DNA from: a virus
Taxonomy: Duplodnaviria > Caudoviricetes
IMG/VR virus record: IMGVR_UViG_3300022594_000001
Reading direction: 5' to 3' (one strand)
Length of the DNA stretch: 64,000 bases
Part shown: positions 17,736 through 27,725 of the stretch, in pieces
Numbering within the stretch: the stretch's first letter is position 1
Layout: every line of letters begins with the position of its first letter
The notes under the pieces: generated by a model
Database searches by the model: none
The model's input: the letters and a program-made list of their open reading frames with translations, nothing else
Told to the model about the DNA's origin: nothing
Program-made: the position numbers and the translations under genes

Positions 17736-18593
17736 ATGACTGATTATTACAATATACTCGGTGTTAGCCCAAACGCTAGCCCAGACGAAATTAAAAAAGC
17801 CTACAGAAAATTGGCTAATCAGCATCACCCCGATAAAGGCGGCGATCAAGCCAAGTTTAAAGATATTAGCGTTGCATACGATACCTTAAGCGATGCTAAC
17901 AAAAAAGCCGAATACGATCAAATGCGTATGGGCGGTGGTCGTCAACATCATTTTAATAGCGGCAATTTCCAAGACTTTGCAGATATTTTTGGCGGAGGGT
18001 TTGATCCCTTTGGATCAAGACCTGGCCCGTTCGGAGATATGTTTGGGAGAAGAATGCCTAAAAACAGAGATTTAAATATCCAGTGTCAGATTACTTTGCT
18101 CGATGCTTATCAAGGTAAGCAACTCGAAGCAAATTATACATTGCCAAGCGGTCGCCCACAGACTGTAATTATAAATGTTCCACCAGGTGTAAGTCATGGC
18201 GAAACAATTCGATATAACGGGTTAGGCGATGACTCTGTTACAGGATTACCACGTGGTAATTTAAACGTTACAGTAATTGTAATGCCCGATCCATTGTTTA
18301 CACGCAACGGTGACGACTTATACACTACAATCTTTATTAGCCCAATTGAAGCAATGATTGGTTGTCGTAAAAAAGTTAAATTTATTAATGGCTCTGAGAA
18401 GGAAATTGACATCAGACCCGGTATTGAAACTGGTGTAGAGTTTGCAAGTCCAGGACACGGCTTTGATAATCCTCATACTGGCGGCAAAGGTAGATTTATT
18501 ACTGTTATTAGTATAAGAACACCGAGCATTGTTGACCCGATTATTGTTCAAAAACTAAAAGACATTCAAGATGAAATTAGTAGTAAATCCTGA
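17736..18593 (+). CDS. dnaJ: DnaJ-class co-chaperone without zinc finger (CbpA/DnaJ type II); start reassigned to 17736
   Basis: MTDYYNILGV, HPD motif, G/F-rich linker, C-terminal GDLY domain. Confidence 0.88.
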   Translation: MTDYYNILGVSPNASPDEIKKAYRKLANQHHPDKGGDQAKFKDISVAYDTLSDANKKAEYDQMRMGGGRQHHFNSGNFQDFADIFGGGFDPFGSRPGPFGDMFGRRMPKNRDLNIQCQITLLDAYQGKQLEANYTLPSGRPQTVIINVPPGVSHGETIRYNGLGDDSVTGLPRGNLNVTVIVMPDPLFTRNGDDLYTTIFISPIEAMIGCRKKVKFINGSEKEIDIRPGIETGVEFASPGHGFDNPHTGGKGRFITVISIRTPSIVDPIIVQKLKDIQDEISSKS

Positions 18594-19080
18594 TCCAATA
18601 CTAAAACAGACAGCAGTCGAATGGGACTTTGCTGTAGATACTAACTCTGAAGAAGTAGAAGCTGAAATGGTTTCTATTATGAAAACATTACACGGGCGTG
18701 GCTTAGCTGGCAATCAGGTTGGGCTTTTAAAGCGAGTATTCACAATACACCTCGATAACCATCCAGAATTAAAAGAACCATTTGCAATGTTTAACCCAAA
18801 AGTTATTTCAGTAAATGGCGCTCACGAAGAAATGTTTGAAGAAGGATGTTTAAGTTTTCCAAATCTTTGGTTACAAGTTAAACGTCCAATGAGCATTACT
18901 TCAGAATACTTTGACAAAACTGGAAAATTGTGTATAATAGAACTAACTGGAATAGATGCCAGGTGCTTTTTACATGAGCTAGACCATTTAAATGGAACAG
19001 TTTTTACAGAAAAAGTTAGCCAAATGAAGCTATTACTAGCTCGCAAAAAACAAAGGAAAAATAATGGTAGAACCAAGTGA
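18571..19080 (+). CDS. def: peptide deformylase
   Basis: GLAGNQVG, EGCLS, HELDH. Confidence 0.93.
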   Translation: MKLVVNPDPILKQTAVEWDFAVDTNSEEVEAEMVSIMKTLHGRGLAGNQVGLLKRVFTIHLDNHPELKEPFAMFNPKVISVNGAHEEMFEEGCLSFPNLWLQVKRPMSITSEYFDKTGKLCIIELTGIDARCFLHELDHLNGTVFTEKVSQMKLLLARKKQRKNNGRTK

Positions 19081-21346
19081 TAATTTACAAGCAGTATTCG
19101 AAAGTGCTATTGAAACTGCTAAAAAACTACACCACGAGTACTTAACAATAGAGCATTTGCTATTTGCTATGTTAGGGGAAGACTCGATGGCCGCTGCTAT
19201 ACGTGGCTACGGTTCTAATCCGTCTGATCTCAGACAAGCTCTTGCAGACTACTTACAAAATAAATGCGAAGAAATTACAGTTCCAGACGTTGTAGTTAAA
19301 CCAAAAAAGACAAAAGCAATTGAACGTATTCTTAATCGTGCATTTACACAAGTTTTATTCAACGGTCGTCAAAAGATTGAACCGACAGATGTGTTTCTTG
19401 CTATGATGACAGAGAAACGCAGCTGGGCATTTTACTTTATTAGCCAAGCAAATATTGAAAAAGATAAGTTTGCTGACTATCTTAACCACAATGTCGAAGC
19501 CGAAGAAGGCGGAGAAGAAGAAAACCCACGTGGCGATAAAGCCCTTGCGCAATTTACAACTAACCTTAACGAAGCAGTTAAGAAAAACAAAATCGACCCT
19601 GTTATCGGTCGTGTGGACGAGCTAGAAAACATTGCGTTATCAATGGGCCGTCGTAGCAAGAACAACGTAATCCTTGTTGGTGATCCTGGTGTGGGAAAGA
19701 CGGCAATAGCCGAAGGTCTTGCCTACAACATAGTTAAGGGCGCAGTTCCAGATTTCCTCAAGGATTATACTGTATTCAACTTGGACATCAGTGCAATGTT
19801 GGCCGGTAGTAAATACCGCGGTGACTTTGAAGAACGATTCAAAGCAGTACTTAAAGGTTTAAGTAAAAAAGGTAAGACTGTGCTGTTCATCGACGAGGCC
19901 CACATGATCTCTGGCGCAGGATCTGCTAGCAACTCAGCTAACGATCTCGCTAATATGATGAAACCTGCTCTAAGCAAAGGCAACATTAAAGTTGTGGCCA
20001 GTACTACCTGGGAAGAATATCGTAAGCATTTTGAAAAGGATCGTGCATTGATGCGTCGTTTCCAACGCATTACAGTCGACGAGCCAACTACTGAAGTTAC
20101 TTTACAGATTCTTAAAGGTATTAAGAAATATTATGAGCAACATCATAATGTTAAAATCAAAGACGATGCACTAAACGCTGCTATCAAGCTGTCAGTTAAG
20201 TATCAGGCCGATAAGAAACTTCCAGATAAGGCTATTGACTTAATCGATCTAGCTTGCTCACGTTTTAATTTGAAACTATCGGATGATCGCGTTGTAGGCG
20301 AAAACGAAATTCAATTCGAACTTAGTAAGATTGTTAACATTCCAGAAGAACAAGTTGCCGAAACAGAAAGTCAAAATCTTGCAACATTACAAGATAAGCT
20401 GTCAGCAGATGTGTTTGGACAGGATCTTGCTGTACAAGAAGTTGTTGACAAGATTATGGTTGCACAGGCTGGATTGAAACCTGAGAACAAGCCAATTGGT
20501 TCGTTTGTGTTCATGGGTCCAACTGGTTGTGGTAAGACTGAAACTGCTAAAGCATTGGCTAAGAATTTGGGTGTTAAATTGCTACGTTTTGATATGTCAG
20601 AGTATCAAGAGAAACATAGTATTTCTAAGCTAATTGGTAGCCCTCCGGGATACGTTGGCTTTGAAGAGAACGCTGGTTTGTTGATTACACAGGTTCAAGA
20701 GAATCCAAATGCTGTTTTGCTGTTTGATGAAGTTGAAAAGTCACATCCGGATGTATCAACTGTATTGTTGCAGATGATGGATAATGGTTTTATTACAGGA
20801 TCAAATGGTAAACGTGCTGACTGTCGTCAACTTATCTTGATTTTAACTACTAATGCTGGTGCGCAGGCAGCAGAAAAGAATCAAATCGGATTCGGACAAC
20901 AGGAAAAAGAATATAGCGACAAAGAGCTTAACAAATTCTTTACACCGGAGTTCCGTAATCGCTTAGACGGTATTATTACCTTTAACAAGCTAGGCAAGGA
21001 AACAATGACTAAAGTTGTTAATAAATTCCTTGATGAAGTACGTGAGCAAGTTAAAGAGAAAGGTATTAAGATTAAAGCAGATAAAGATGCTATTACATGG
21101 CTTATCAATAAAGGCTTTGATCCTAAGATGGGTGCTCGTCCATTACATCGTGTTATCGACAAGGAAATTAAACGTGATCTTGCTAAGATGATGTTGTTCG
21201 GTGATTTGAAGAGTGGTGGATGGTTAACTATTACTGTCGATAACGACAAGCTAGTGTTGGTTGCGAAACCTAAAACACCAAAAGTACCATTGTTATCAAT
21301 CGAAGGGTTAAATGATACTCTACAAGACAACCAATCGATTATTTAA
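19064..21346 (+). CDS. clpA: ClpA-type Hsp100 AAA+ unfoldase
   Basis: Clp N-domain, two Walker A motifs (GDPGVGKT, GPTGCGKT), IGSPPGYVG, no ClpB middle domain, IGF ClpP-docking loop (NQIGFG). Confidence 0.85.
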   Translation: MVEPSDNLQAVFESAIETAKKLHHEYLTIEHLLFAMLGEDSMAAAIRGYGSNPSDLRQALADYLQNKCEEITVPDVVVKPKKTKAIERILNRAFTQVLFNGRQKIEPTDVFLAMMTEKRSWAFYFISQANIEKDKFADYLNHNVEAEEGGEEENPRGDKALAQFTTNLNEAVKKNKIDPVIGRVDELENIALSMGRRSKNNVILVGDPGVGKTAIAEGLAYNIVKGAVPDFLKDYTVFNLDISAMLAGSKYRGDFEERFKAVLKGLSKKGKTVLFIDEAHMISGAGSASNSANDLANMMKPALSKGNIKVVASTTWEEYRKHFEKDRALMRRFQRITVDEPTTEVTLQILKGIKKYYEQHHNVKIKDDALNAAIKLSVKYQADKKLPDKAIDLIDLACSRFNLKLSDDRVVGENEIQFELSKIVNIPEEQVAETESQNLATLQDKLSADVFGQDLAVQEVVDKIMVAQAGLKPENKPIGSFVFMGPTGCGKTETAKALAKNLGVKLLRFDMSEYQEKHSISKLIGSPPGYVGFEENAGLLITQVQENPNAVLLFDEVEKSHPDVSTVLLQMMDNGFITGSNGKRADCRQLILILTTNAGAQAAEKNQIGFGQQEKEYSDKELNKFFTPEFRNRLDGIITFNKLGKETMTKVVNKFLDEVREQVKEKGIKIKADKDAITWLINKGFDPKMGARPLHRVIDKEIKRDLAKMMLFGDLKSGGWLTITVDNDKLVLVAKPKTPKVPLLSIEGLNDTLQDNQSII

Positions 21347-21947
21347 AGGACAGTATCAGTATAAGATAGTTCTAACTGTCCCTGGATCTAGTTTATTTAG
21401 ATCCGGGGACATGGACGCCACTCTTAGACAATTGCAAAAGATTGACCTAAATAAAACTTCCGATTTATTGTTCTATAGGGCAAACATCAAATCAAAAGAT
21501 GATTTAGATTATACGTTTAAGCTGCAATCCACTATTAAAAAATTAGAAAGCAAACTGTGGCTTAGAGTTGAGAGTCCGTGGGTTAGTGTGTATACTAACG
21601 AAAAATCGGTGGTAAAATCTCTTACTAAACTAGACGAAAGTCGTGTAAAATACGTGTGCGCACCTCCGGAAGGTGGTACGCTAGTTAGTGGTACAGTTAT
21701 TTTACCAAAGATTAATTTTGAGTATAAAGTAACATTAGGCAAAACTAATCACGAAAATAGTGCATTTATTGAATGGGCTGAACAAAATAGCAAAGTCAAA
21801 CTGACAAAAAGCTGCATAAATCATCTAACAAAAGACTCGAGTTGGGGTGGTTCTTATTTTTATATCACCGGAGATAAGAATTTACTAGTGGCTAAAATGC
21901 ATTTAGGCGGGTCTATTGGCAAGATAGAACGAGTAGTTAAAGCGTAG
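21312..21947 (+). CDS. hypothetical protein
   Basis: 211-aa ORF overlapping the clpA end. Confidence 0.65.
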   Translation: MILYKTTNRLFKGQYQYKIVLTVPGSSLFRSGDMDATLRQLQKIDLNKTSDLLFYRANIKSKDDLDYTFKLQSTIKKLESKLWLRVESPWVSVYTNEKSVVKSLTKLDESRVKYVCAPPEGGTLVSGTVILPKINFEYKVTLGKTNHENSAFIEWAEQNSKVKLTKSCINHLTKDSSWGGSYFYITGDKNLLVAKMHLGGSIGKIERVVKA

Positions 21948-21957
21948 CTGTTTACGA

Positions 21958-21963
21958 TAAATA
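21958..21963 (+). promoter_or_regulatory. late-type promoter box
   Basis: TAAATA upstream of the ATG at 21991. Confidence 0.55.
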
Positions 21964-21990
21964 TAAGATAACTCAAAAACGGATTAAACT

Positions 21991-22365
21991 ATGCGAATTA
22001 AAGATCTATTAGAAGGAACACAATTTAAACAAGACGACTGGGTCTCTGTTAATGACGATAAGTCACGTGAACCAAACTTTGACATTGCTGAAGATTTAGC
22101 GTTCTTCATGAATAATGATGACGATACATATCGCCGCCATACATATCCAGGAATTGTTAAGTGCATTAAACATCAAGAGCTAAAGAAAAAACTTAGCCCT
22201 GCAATCTTTGAAAAAGCAGTTAGAGAAAGCTACAAAAATTATATTAAAAAGTTTCCAATTCGTGAATTACCAACTGAAATAGATGATAAAATTTGCAAGG
22301 AAACTTGTGATAAACTTCACGAAGAAATTTCTCAACATATCAGCGATGGAAAGTACAAGGACTAA
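21991..22365 (+). CDS. hypothetical protein with capsid-targeting-like N-terminus (MRIKDLLE)
   Basis: 124-aa ORF after a late box. Confidence 0.65.
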   Translation: MRIKDLLEGTQFKQDDWVSVNDDKSREPNFDIAEDLAFFMNNDDDTYRRHTYPGIVKCIKHQELKKKLSPAIFEKAVRESYKNYIKKFPIRELPTEIDDKICKETCDKLHEEISQHISDGKYKD

Positions 22366-22367
22366 TT

Positions 22368-23522
22368 GTGTTAATAAGGGAACTATTCCTTACTGAGAGC
22401 GCAACTAAGCAGCCTGCTAAAAAGCTAGGGCGTACATTCAACCACCTAGAGGATCTTGTATTCTTCCACGGAAGTCAAGGTACACTAGAAGCATTACAAC
22501 ATTTAAAAGAATTTGCTACTCCAGAAGGTTCTACTTCTATTCGCATGAAATGGGATGGCAGTCCTCAAGTATACTGGGGCCGTGAACGTGCTAATGGTCC
22601 GTTGATATTCACAAGTCATAACGGTTGGCTGAGAGGAGTGAAAACTTCTAGTGCTAAACAGTTATACGAATTCATTGTTAATCAAAGCGGAAATACTAAG
22701 ACTGTCGAGGAACTAGAATCACGAAAAGCATTTGCTAAAGAGTTCGCTAGTTTATATCCAGTGTTTGATGCAGCTACGCCTAAAGACTTTGTAGGCTTTG
22801 TCTACGGAGACATTCTGTTTGCACAACCACAAAGCATTAACGAATCTGGAAACTATTCGTTTAGTCCTAATCCAAATACACAAACAACTTATCACGTTAA
22901 GCCTACAAGCAAGCTAGGACAGCGTATAAGCGCAGCAACGTCTATGGTAGTGGGTCATGCCTACTTTCCGCAGTTTGGCATGTTAGACGAAGCGCAAGAG
23001 CCCATTAAAGACTTCAGTAAGTTCAACAGAACAAGTAAACTAATTGTACAAGAACCAATTTACAATCAAGGTAGTATTAAAGTTAGCACACCTGAGTTGT
23101 TAGAAACTGAGCAATATGTTAAAACAAGAGCTAACAAGATTGATAAGTTTCTAGAAAGTACTTCTGGGCTGAGCGATCTTAAAGATATTATCTACAAGTT
23201 TGTTAATCAAACTGCAAAAGCAAAACAACTAGAATCAATTAGTACTCATAAGTTTTTTAATTGGTTGGCATCTAGTAAAGTTAGCCCAACTAAACAACAA
23301 AAAATTCATGCACTAAATGAACAGCATAATGCGTTAGACGATATTTTTACATTAGTCAAACGTATTCAAAATACGAAAGATAATATCATTGAGCAAATTG
23401 AAGAGCAACATTCTGCCGATATATGGGACACGCACGGTGAGGGTCGTGTACGCTATGCAGATAGCAATAAACAATTTGGACACATTAAATTAGTACCTAG
23501 AAAGCGTTGGACTCCTAAATGA
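22368..23522 (+). CDS. conserved T4-like phage protein with ligase-like KWDG motif (DUF6267-like)
   Basis: NHLED, RMKWDGSP, VYGDILF, late GEG; adjacent to the cytidylyltransferase-like gene. Confidence 0.55.
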   Translation: MLIRELFLTESATKQPAKKLGRTFNHLEDLVFFHGSQGTLEALQHLKEFATPEGSTSIRMKWDGSPQVYWGRERANGPLIFTSHNGWLRGVKTSSAKQLYEFIVNQSGNTKTVEELESRKAFAKEFASLYPVFDAATPKDFVGFVYGDILFAQPQSINESGNYSFSPNPNTQTTYHVKPTSKLGQRISAATSMVVGHAYFPQFGMLDEAQEPIKDFSKFNRTSKLIVQEPIYNQGSIKVSTPELLETEQYVKTRANKIDKFLESTSGLSDLKDIIYKFVNQTAKAKQLESISTHKFFNWLASSKVSPTKQQKIHALNEQHNALDDIFTLVKRIQNTKDNIIEQIEEQHSADIWDTHGEGRVRYADSNKQFGHIKLVPRKRWTPK

Positions 23523-24088
23523 AAATAAGCGATTTACTTAAAGAAACTACTGTAGGTATTTGCTTTGGCAGATTTAATCCTCCACATAGAGGACACGCTG
23601 CTGCTTGGAAAAACGCAAGCGAGTGTGATCATTGGGTTGTTGGTACTAACGAAAATACCCGAGATAGAAAAAATCCGTTACCATATGATGTAAAAGTAAA
23701 ATGCATGGAAACTGTATATCCTAAAATTGAAGGGCACATAGTTCCAGAGCAGAGCGTGTTTACTCTGGCAACTACTGTTTATAAAACATATGGCGAAAAT
23801 GTAGATTTAAAAGTATACACAGATGAAGATTGGCTTACAGAAAGTTTAATCAAGTATAACGGCAAAGAGTCCAAACACGGATACTATAAATTTAATAGTA
23901 TTTCACAAGCGCCTACTCCTAGACTAAGCAGTGCTACAAGTTTACGTACAGCAGTATTAGAAGACAATCGACAACAGTTTAGTGTTGCTGCTGGTATCTC
24001 CGACGATACCCCTATTAAAATAGAAGGTAAAACCGTCAAATTCTTCGATTTAGTTGCTAATTATTTGAAAGCATATCCCGTTAAGTAA
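23519..24088 (+). CDS. cytidylyltransferase-like (HxGH) nucleotidyltransferase
   Basis: FGRFNPPHRGH, NPL, RLSSATSLR. Confidence 0.8.
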   Translation: MKISDLLKETTVGICFGRFNPPHRGHAAAWKNASECDHWVVGTNENTRDRKNPLPYDVKVKCMETVYPKIEGHIVPEQSVFTLATTVYKTYGENVDLKVYTDEDWLTESLIKYNGKESKHGYYKFNSISQAPTPRLSSATSLRTAVLEDNRQQFSVAAGISDDTPIKIEGKTVKFFDLVANYLKAYPVK

Positions 24089-24090
24089 AA

Positions 24091-24096
24091 TAAATA
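24091..24096 (+). promoter_or_regulatory. late-type promoter box, near-leaderless
   Basis: TAAATA 4 nt before the ATG at 24101. Confidence 0.5.
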
Positions 24097-24100
24097 CTTA

Positions 24101-24394
24101 ATGAGGCAATATAGAATTACGACTGAGCATTTAAATCAAACATCTGATGATGATTGTTATCTTGCACCCGAAGATCCTATACACGAATTAAAAGCAATTA
24201 CACAATTAGCAGGGCTTGGCGCTGATGCTAGATTGCACGAATTACGTGCAAATCAGGGCAGCAATATAAGTGTAACTGGAGATAGCAAAGGCGACCTTAT
24301 GCGTAAGCATAATATTAAATCAGGAACACCAGAATGGTTCCAGTTATGGTTTAGTTTACCTTACATGACTGGAGAACCTCCTGTAGGAAAATAA
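24101..24394 (+). CDS. hypothetical protein
   Basis: 97-aa ORF, C-terminal GTPEWFQLWF. Confidence 0.65.
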   Translation: MRQYRITTEHLNQTSDDDCYLAPEDPIHELKAITQLAGLGADARLHELRANQGSNISVTGDSKGDLMRKHNIKSGTPEWFQLWFSLPYMTGEPPVGK

Positions 24395-24395
24395 A

Positions 24396-24776
24396 ATGAA
24401 AGTAAGAGATATTATAGCTGAGACAAAAGTTAGTGGACTTAAACAACATCACGAACGTGTCGGAAAAGGCGTAAGTCGTTCTCGTGACGTAGGTGGATAC
24501 GATCGTGTATACCACTTAAACCGTATTGGAATGGCAATGGCAATGGCGGACGGTACTGATACAAAAGCAGTTGATAGCCCTTCAGAAACTTGGTTTGAAA
24601 AATATAACACATATCATCCTATGACTAAAGAGGAAGATAACATGATTAAGGCTGCTCATAAAACAGTACCAACCGACGGTAAGGTTATTAGTTCGTTTGG
24701 CAAGAGTATGGAACCAACTGATACCAATATAAAGAGTCCAATTGCAAAGCCTAAAAAGAACAAATACGGTGTTTAA
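24396..24776 (+). CDS. hypothetical protein, N-terminus MKVRDIIAE
   Basis: 126-aa ORF. Confidence 0.65.
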   Translation: MKVRDIIAETKVSGLKQHHERVGKGVSRSRDVGGYDRVYHLNRIGMAMAMADGTDTKAVDSPSETWFEKYNTYHPMTKEEDNMIKAAHKTVPTDGKVISSFGKSMEPTDTNIKSPIAKPKKNKYGV

Positions 24777-24778
24777 TT

Positions 24779-25039
24779 ATGAGAATCAGAGATATCATTG
24801 AAAGTGCAACAGGCGGTGCTACAAATACTGCTAGCGTAGGAACTTTAGTAAGCCCACAAGTTGCTCTAGGTAAAAAGAACATTGGTAAAAAGAGTTACAC
24901 AGGAAGTCCTGGAAAATCAGGGACAAAGGCGCCTAAAGTACCTAAAGTTGTACAGCCTAAAAAATCAGACGGAACCGCAGTAAATGGACTCGATATTAAG
25001 GGTGCTAACTTATTCGGCGGCGGTGCTGTAAAACGATAA
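24779..25039 (+). CDS. hypothetical basic protein, N-terminus MRIRDIIE
   Basis: 86-aa Lys/Gly-rich ORF. Confidence 0.65.
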   Translation: MRIRDIIESATGGATNTASVGTLVSPQVALGKKNIGKKSYTGSPGKSGTKAPKVPKVVQPKKSDGTAVNGLDIKGANLFGGGAVKR

Positions 25040-25042
25040 ATA
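25037..25042 (+). promoter_or_regulatory. late-type promoter box
   Basis: TAAATA overlapping the upstream stop, before the GGAG RBS and ATG at 25067. Confidence 0.55.
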
Positions 25043-25066
25043 CTAACAGAATACGGAGTTATTACT

Positions 25067-26467
25067 ATGCCAAAACAACTTAATGAATTTGCGTCAGAAC
25101 AACCTGAACTAGGTAATGCTGCTGGCGCTGAACCAGCAAATGCAACACCAGACGGAGGTCATGACCACGAAGGTGCAATGGCAAAGGCTGATTTATACAA
25201 ACTAGCTAACTATAGCATGAAGCTATTCAAGCAAATTGACGATCAACAGCAATTAGAAGCTTGGGTACAAGCAAAGATTACTAAAGCTGCTGACTATATT
25301 GCAAGTGTATATCACTATTTAGAATACGAAATGAAGTTTAGCGAATATGGTTCTAAACTAGAAAACAGTGATGTCTACAATGAAAGCGAAAAGCTAGAAC
25401 TAAAGAATAAACTACAAGAAGCTCGTGAGATGCTTAAGACTCTTAAACTTCAACAAGCTGATAGACTTGATGAAGGCAAAAAGTCTAAGAAAGCAGATAA
25501 AGATTATGACGGCGATGGTAAAGTTGAATCTGGCAAGGATGAGTACTTAGGAAGTAAAATTGCTGCTGCTAAGAAAGCAGGCAAGATGGAAGAAAGCATG
25601 GGCGGCGGATACGAAGCATGTGAACACTGCGGTGGCACAGGACATGTAGAAACTCCATCTAAATCATGGAGCCCAGAAGCTAAAGCTAAAGCTGCTGCTT
25701 ACAATAAAAAGGCAAAAGCATACCACGCTGCTAGCAAACGCATCGATGCAAATAATAACGGCATTCCAGATGCTGAGGAAGGTTTAGATAAAAAAGAACC
25801 TGCTTCTAAAAAAAAGCCCGTAGCTAAGAAAGAAGAAGAATCTACAGAAGAAAGTCAAGGTTCTTCTAAGCACAGCTTTGGACAAGGCGTTTACGAAAAC
25901 GAAGAAGTAAAAGGTGCTAAAAAGCCTAAGCAGCACAATAAAGAAATCAAGAATCGCGATGACGATTTAGACGAAGGCAAGGACGAAGGCAAGCCAGGTA
26001 AGAACTTTGCTAAGATTGCAAAGAAGGCTGCTAAAGAATACGGTTCTAAAGAAGCAGGCGAGCGTGTAGCAGGTGCCGTTAAAGCTAAGTTAGCTAAACA
26101 AGGTAAACTTGAAGAAGGTGTAATAGGCGACGTTGGACAAGCTGTTAGCAATTTTGCAGGCGATATGTTTAACACAGATGCTAGCTTAGAGCGTCGTAGT
26201 CCACAACTTCAAGCATTGATTGCAATGCGTAAAAAGTTTCCAGATGGATCACCAGAAGCAAAACAATTAGATGCACGTATTCAAGCACAAAAAGATCGTG
26301 TTGCAACAGACGGCGGTGAAGTTGCAGGTCAAGGCGGAATGCCAAAACCAGTAGTTGATCCAGCAACATTTAAACAACAAAATCCTAACTTCAAATACGA
26401 AGAAAGCATTAACGAGTCTGCAGAACTAGCTCGTATGAAAGAATTTTTAACACGTTTGAACGGATAA
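25067..26467 (+). CDS. charged modular protein, probable internal head protein
   Basis: K/E-rich modules separated by LDE/LEE/INE; DxDxDG-type loops; one CxxCxGxG. Confidence 0.55.
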   Translation: MPKQLNEFASEQPELGNAAGAEPANATPDGGHDHEGAMAKADLYKLANYSMKLFKQIDDQQQLEAWVQAKITKAADYIASVYHYLEYEMKFSEYGSKLENSDVYNESEKLELKNKLQEAREMLKTLKLQQADRLDEGKKSKKADKDYDGDGKVESGKDEYLGSKIAAAKKAGKMEESMGGGYEACEHCGGTGHVETPSKSWSPEAKAKAAAYNKKAKAYHAASKRIDANNNGIPDAEEGLDKKEPASKKKPVAKKEEESTEESQGSSKHSFGQGVYENEEVKGAKKPKQHNKEIKNRDDDLDEGKDEGKPGKNFAKIAKKAAKEYGSKEAGERVAGAVKAKLAKQGKLEEGVIGDVGQAVSNFAGDMFNTDASLERRSPQLQALIAMRKKFPDGSPEAKQLDARIQAQKDRVATDGGEVAGQGGMPKPVVDPATFKQQNPNFKYEESINESAELARMKEFLTRLNG

Positions 26468-26471
26468 TAAT

Positions 26472-27722
26472 ATGGACATGAAGCGCATACTACAGGCGAT
26501 GGACGGTGTTGCTGCAAAGCCTGTAGAAGGCGGCAACGACATGTCTAAATTTTTATCTATTATAGATAAAAATAATGTTGAAGTATTAAACGAAGGTGCT
26601 AACCCACATAAAGTTTCATTGCCAGTTCAAATGGCAATGAATCATTATCAGGAACCAGTAGCTAAAGTTGCACCTACTACAAAGAAACCATCTTTATTAA
26701 AACAATACTTTGCAGAAGCAGAAAAACAACAAGAGCAAGAGCTTGCCGTTGAACAAGAGAAACTTAAAATGTATTCTCAAAAAATTGCTAAAAGAGTATT
26801 GGAAGCAAGACTTGCACCTGATCAAATTGCAAAACTACAAAAATTCAAACAACAAAATGCAAAACCTTTAGAGCCACAAAAGCCAGAAGGTGAGCCATTA
26901 AGCGCAGAAAAACAAGCAGAGATTGAGCAATGGGGTAATGATTTAAAATCATACTTTGATACCAGAACTACTGTTGGCAAAAGAACACACCAAGCTCCGA
27001 TAAAGCATGTTCAACAATCTGCACCTGCTCCTGAACCAGAAGAACGAAGTGTTGATGTTGACTCGTTATCATTACCAGAACTACAAAATTTATTACAAAA
27101 AGTAAATTATTTAATTCGTGTAATGGAAGAAGTTGAAAAGTTATCTGTTCGTGCAGAAAAATTTCCAGGCGGGTTAACTCCTGGTCTTGCAGCAGATCTC
27201 GATATTAATGTACCTACTCCGACTAACGCAGAAGAATATGACGCTGCTATTGAAATTTGGAGTAAAAAATTAGAAAAATTAAAACAATTTATTGCTTTGA
27301 AAAAAGCTACTTGGGCTAAAAAGAAAACTCCTGTTTATGAAAACCAAGAGCAACAAGCTACTAGAGACCCGCGTGTTATTCAACAAGAAATCAAAGCGGC
27401 AGAAAAAGAAGCGGCAAAAATTGATTACACTCTTGCAAAAGTAAGAGAAGTTACTAAAGAAATTAAGTATGATGATACTGCTGGTAGCATTATACTTAGA
27501 ATTCGCAAATTAGCAGAAACTGTTCCAAATATTGACAGCAGAGATTTAAAGTATGCTGAGGAAGCAGTATTTGAAGCTATTCGAGCATTAGAATCATCAG
27601 TTTACGGATTAGAAGAAGCGTTCACAGATGCTGCACGTAACGCTAAGTATAGCGTAGACGAACTCGAAAGCGAACTTAGCGATATGCAATGGAATAAAAA
27701 ATTTGGAACTCCTGAGGTATAA
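26472..27722 (+). CDS. helical charged protein, probable internal head protein
   Basis: 416 aa, coiled-coil rich, LNE/LEA sites. Confidence 0.55.
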   Translation: MDMKRILQAMDGVAAKPVEGGNDMSKFLSIIDKNNVEVLNEGANPHKVSLPVQMAMNHYQEPVAKVAPTTKKPSLLKQYFAEAEKQQEQELAVEQEKLKMYSQKIAKRVLEARLAPDQIAKLQKFKQQNAKPLEPQKPEGEPLSAEKQAEIEQWGNDLKSYFDTRTTVGKRTHQAPIKHVQQSAPAPEPEERSVDVDSLSLPELQNLLQKVNYLIRVMEEVEKLSVRAEKFPGGLTPGLAADLDINVPTPTNAEEYDAAIEIWSKKLEKLKQFIALKKATWAKKKTPVYENQEQQATRDPRVIQQEIKAAEKEAAKIDYTLAKVREVTKEIKYDDTAGSIILRIRKLAETVPNIDSRDLKYAEEAVFEAIRALESSVYGLEEAFTDAARNAKYSVDELESELSDMQWNKKFGTPEV

Positions 27723-27725
27723 TAA

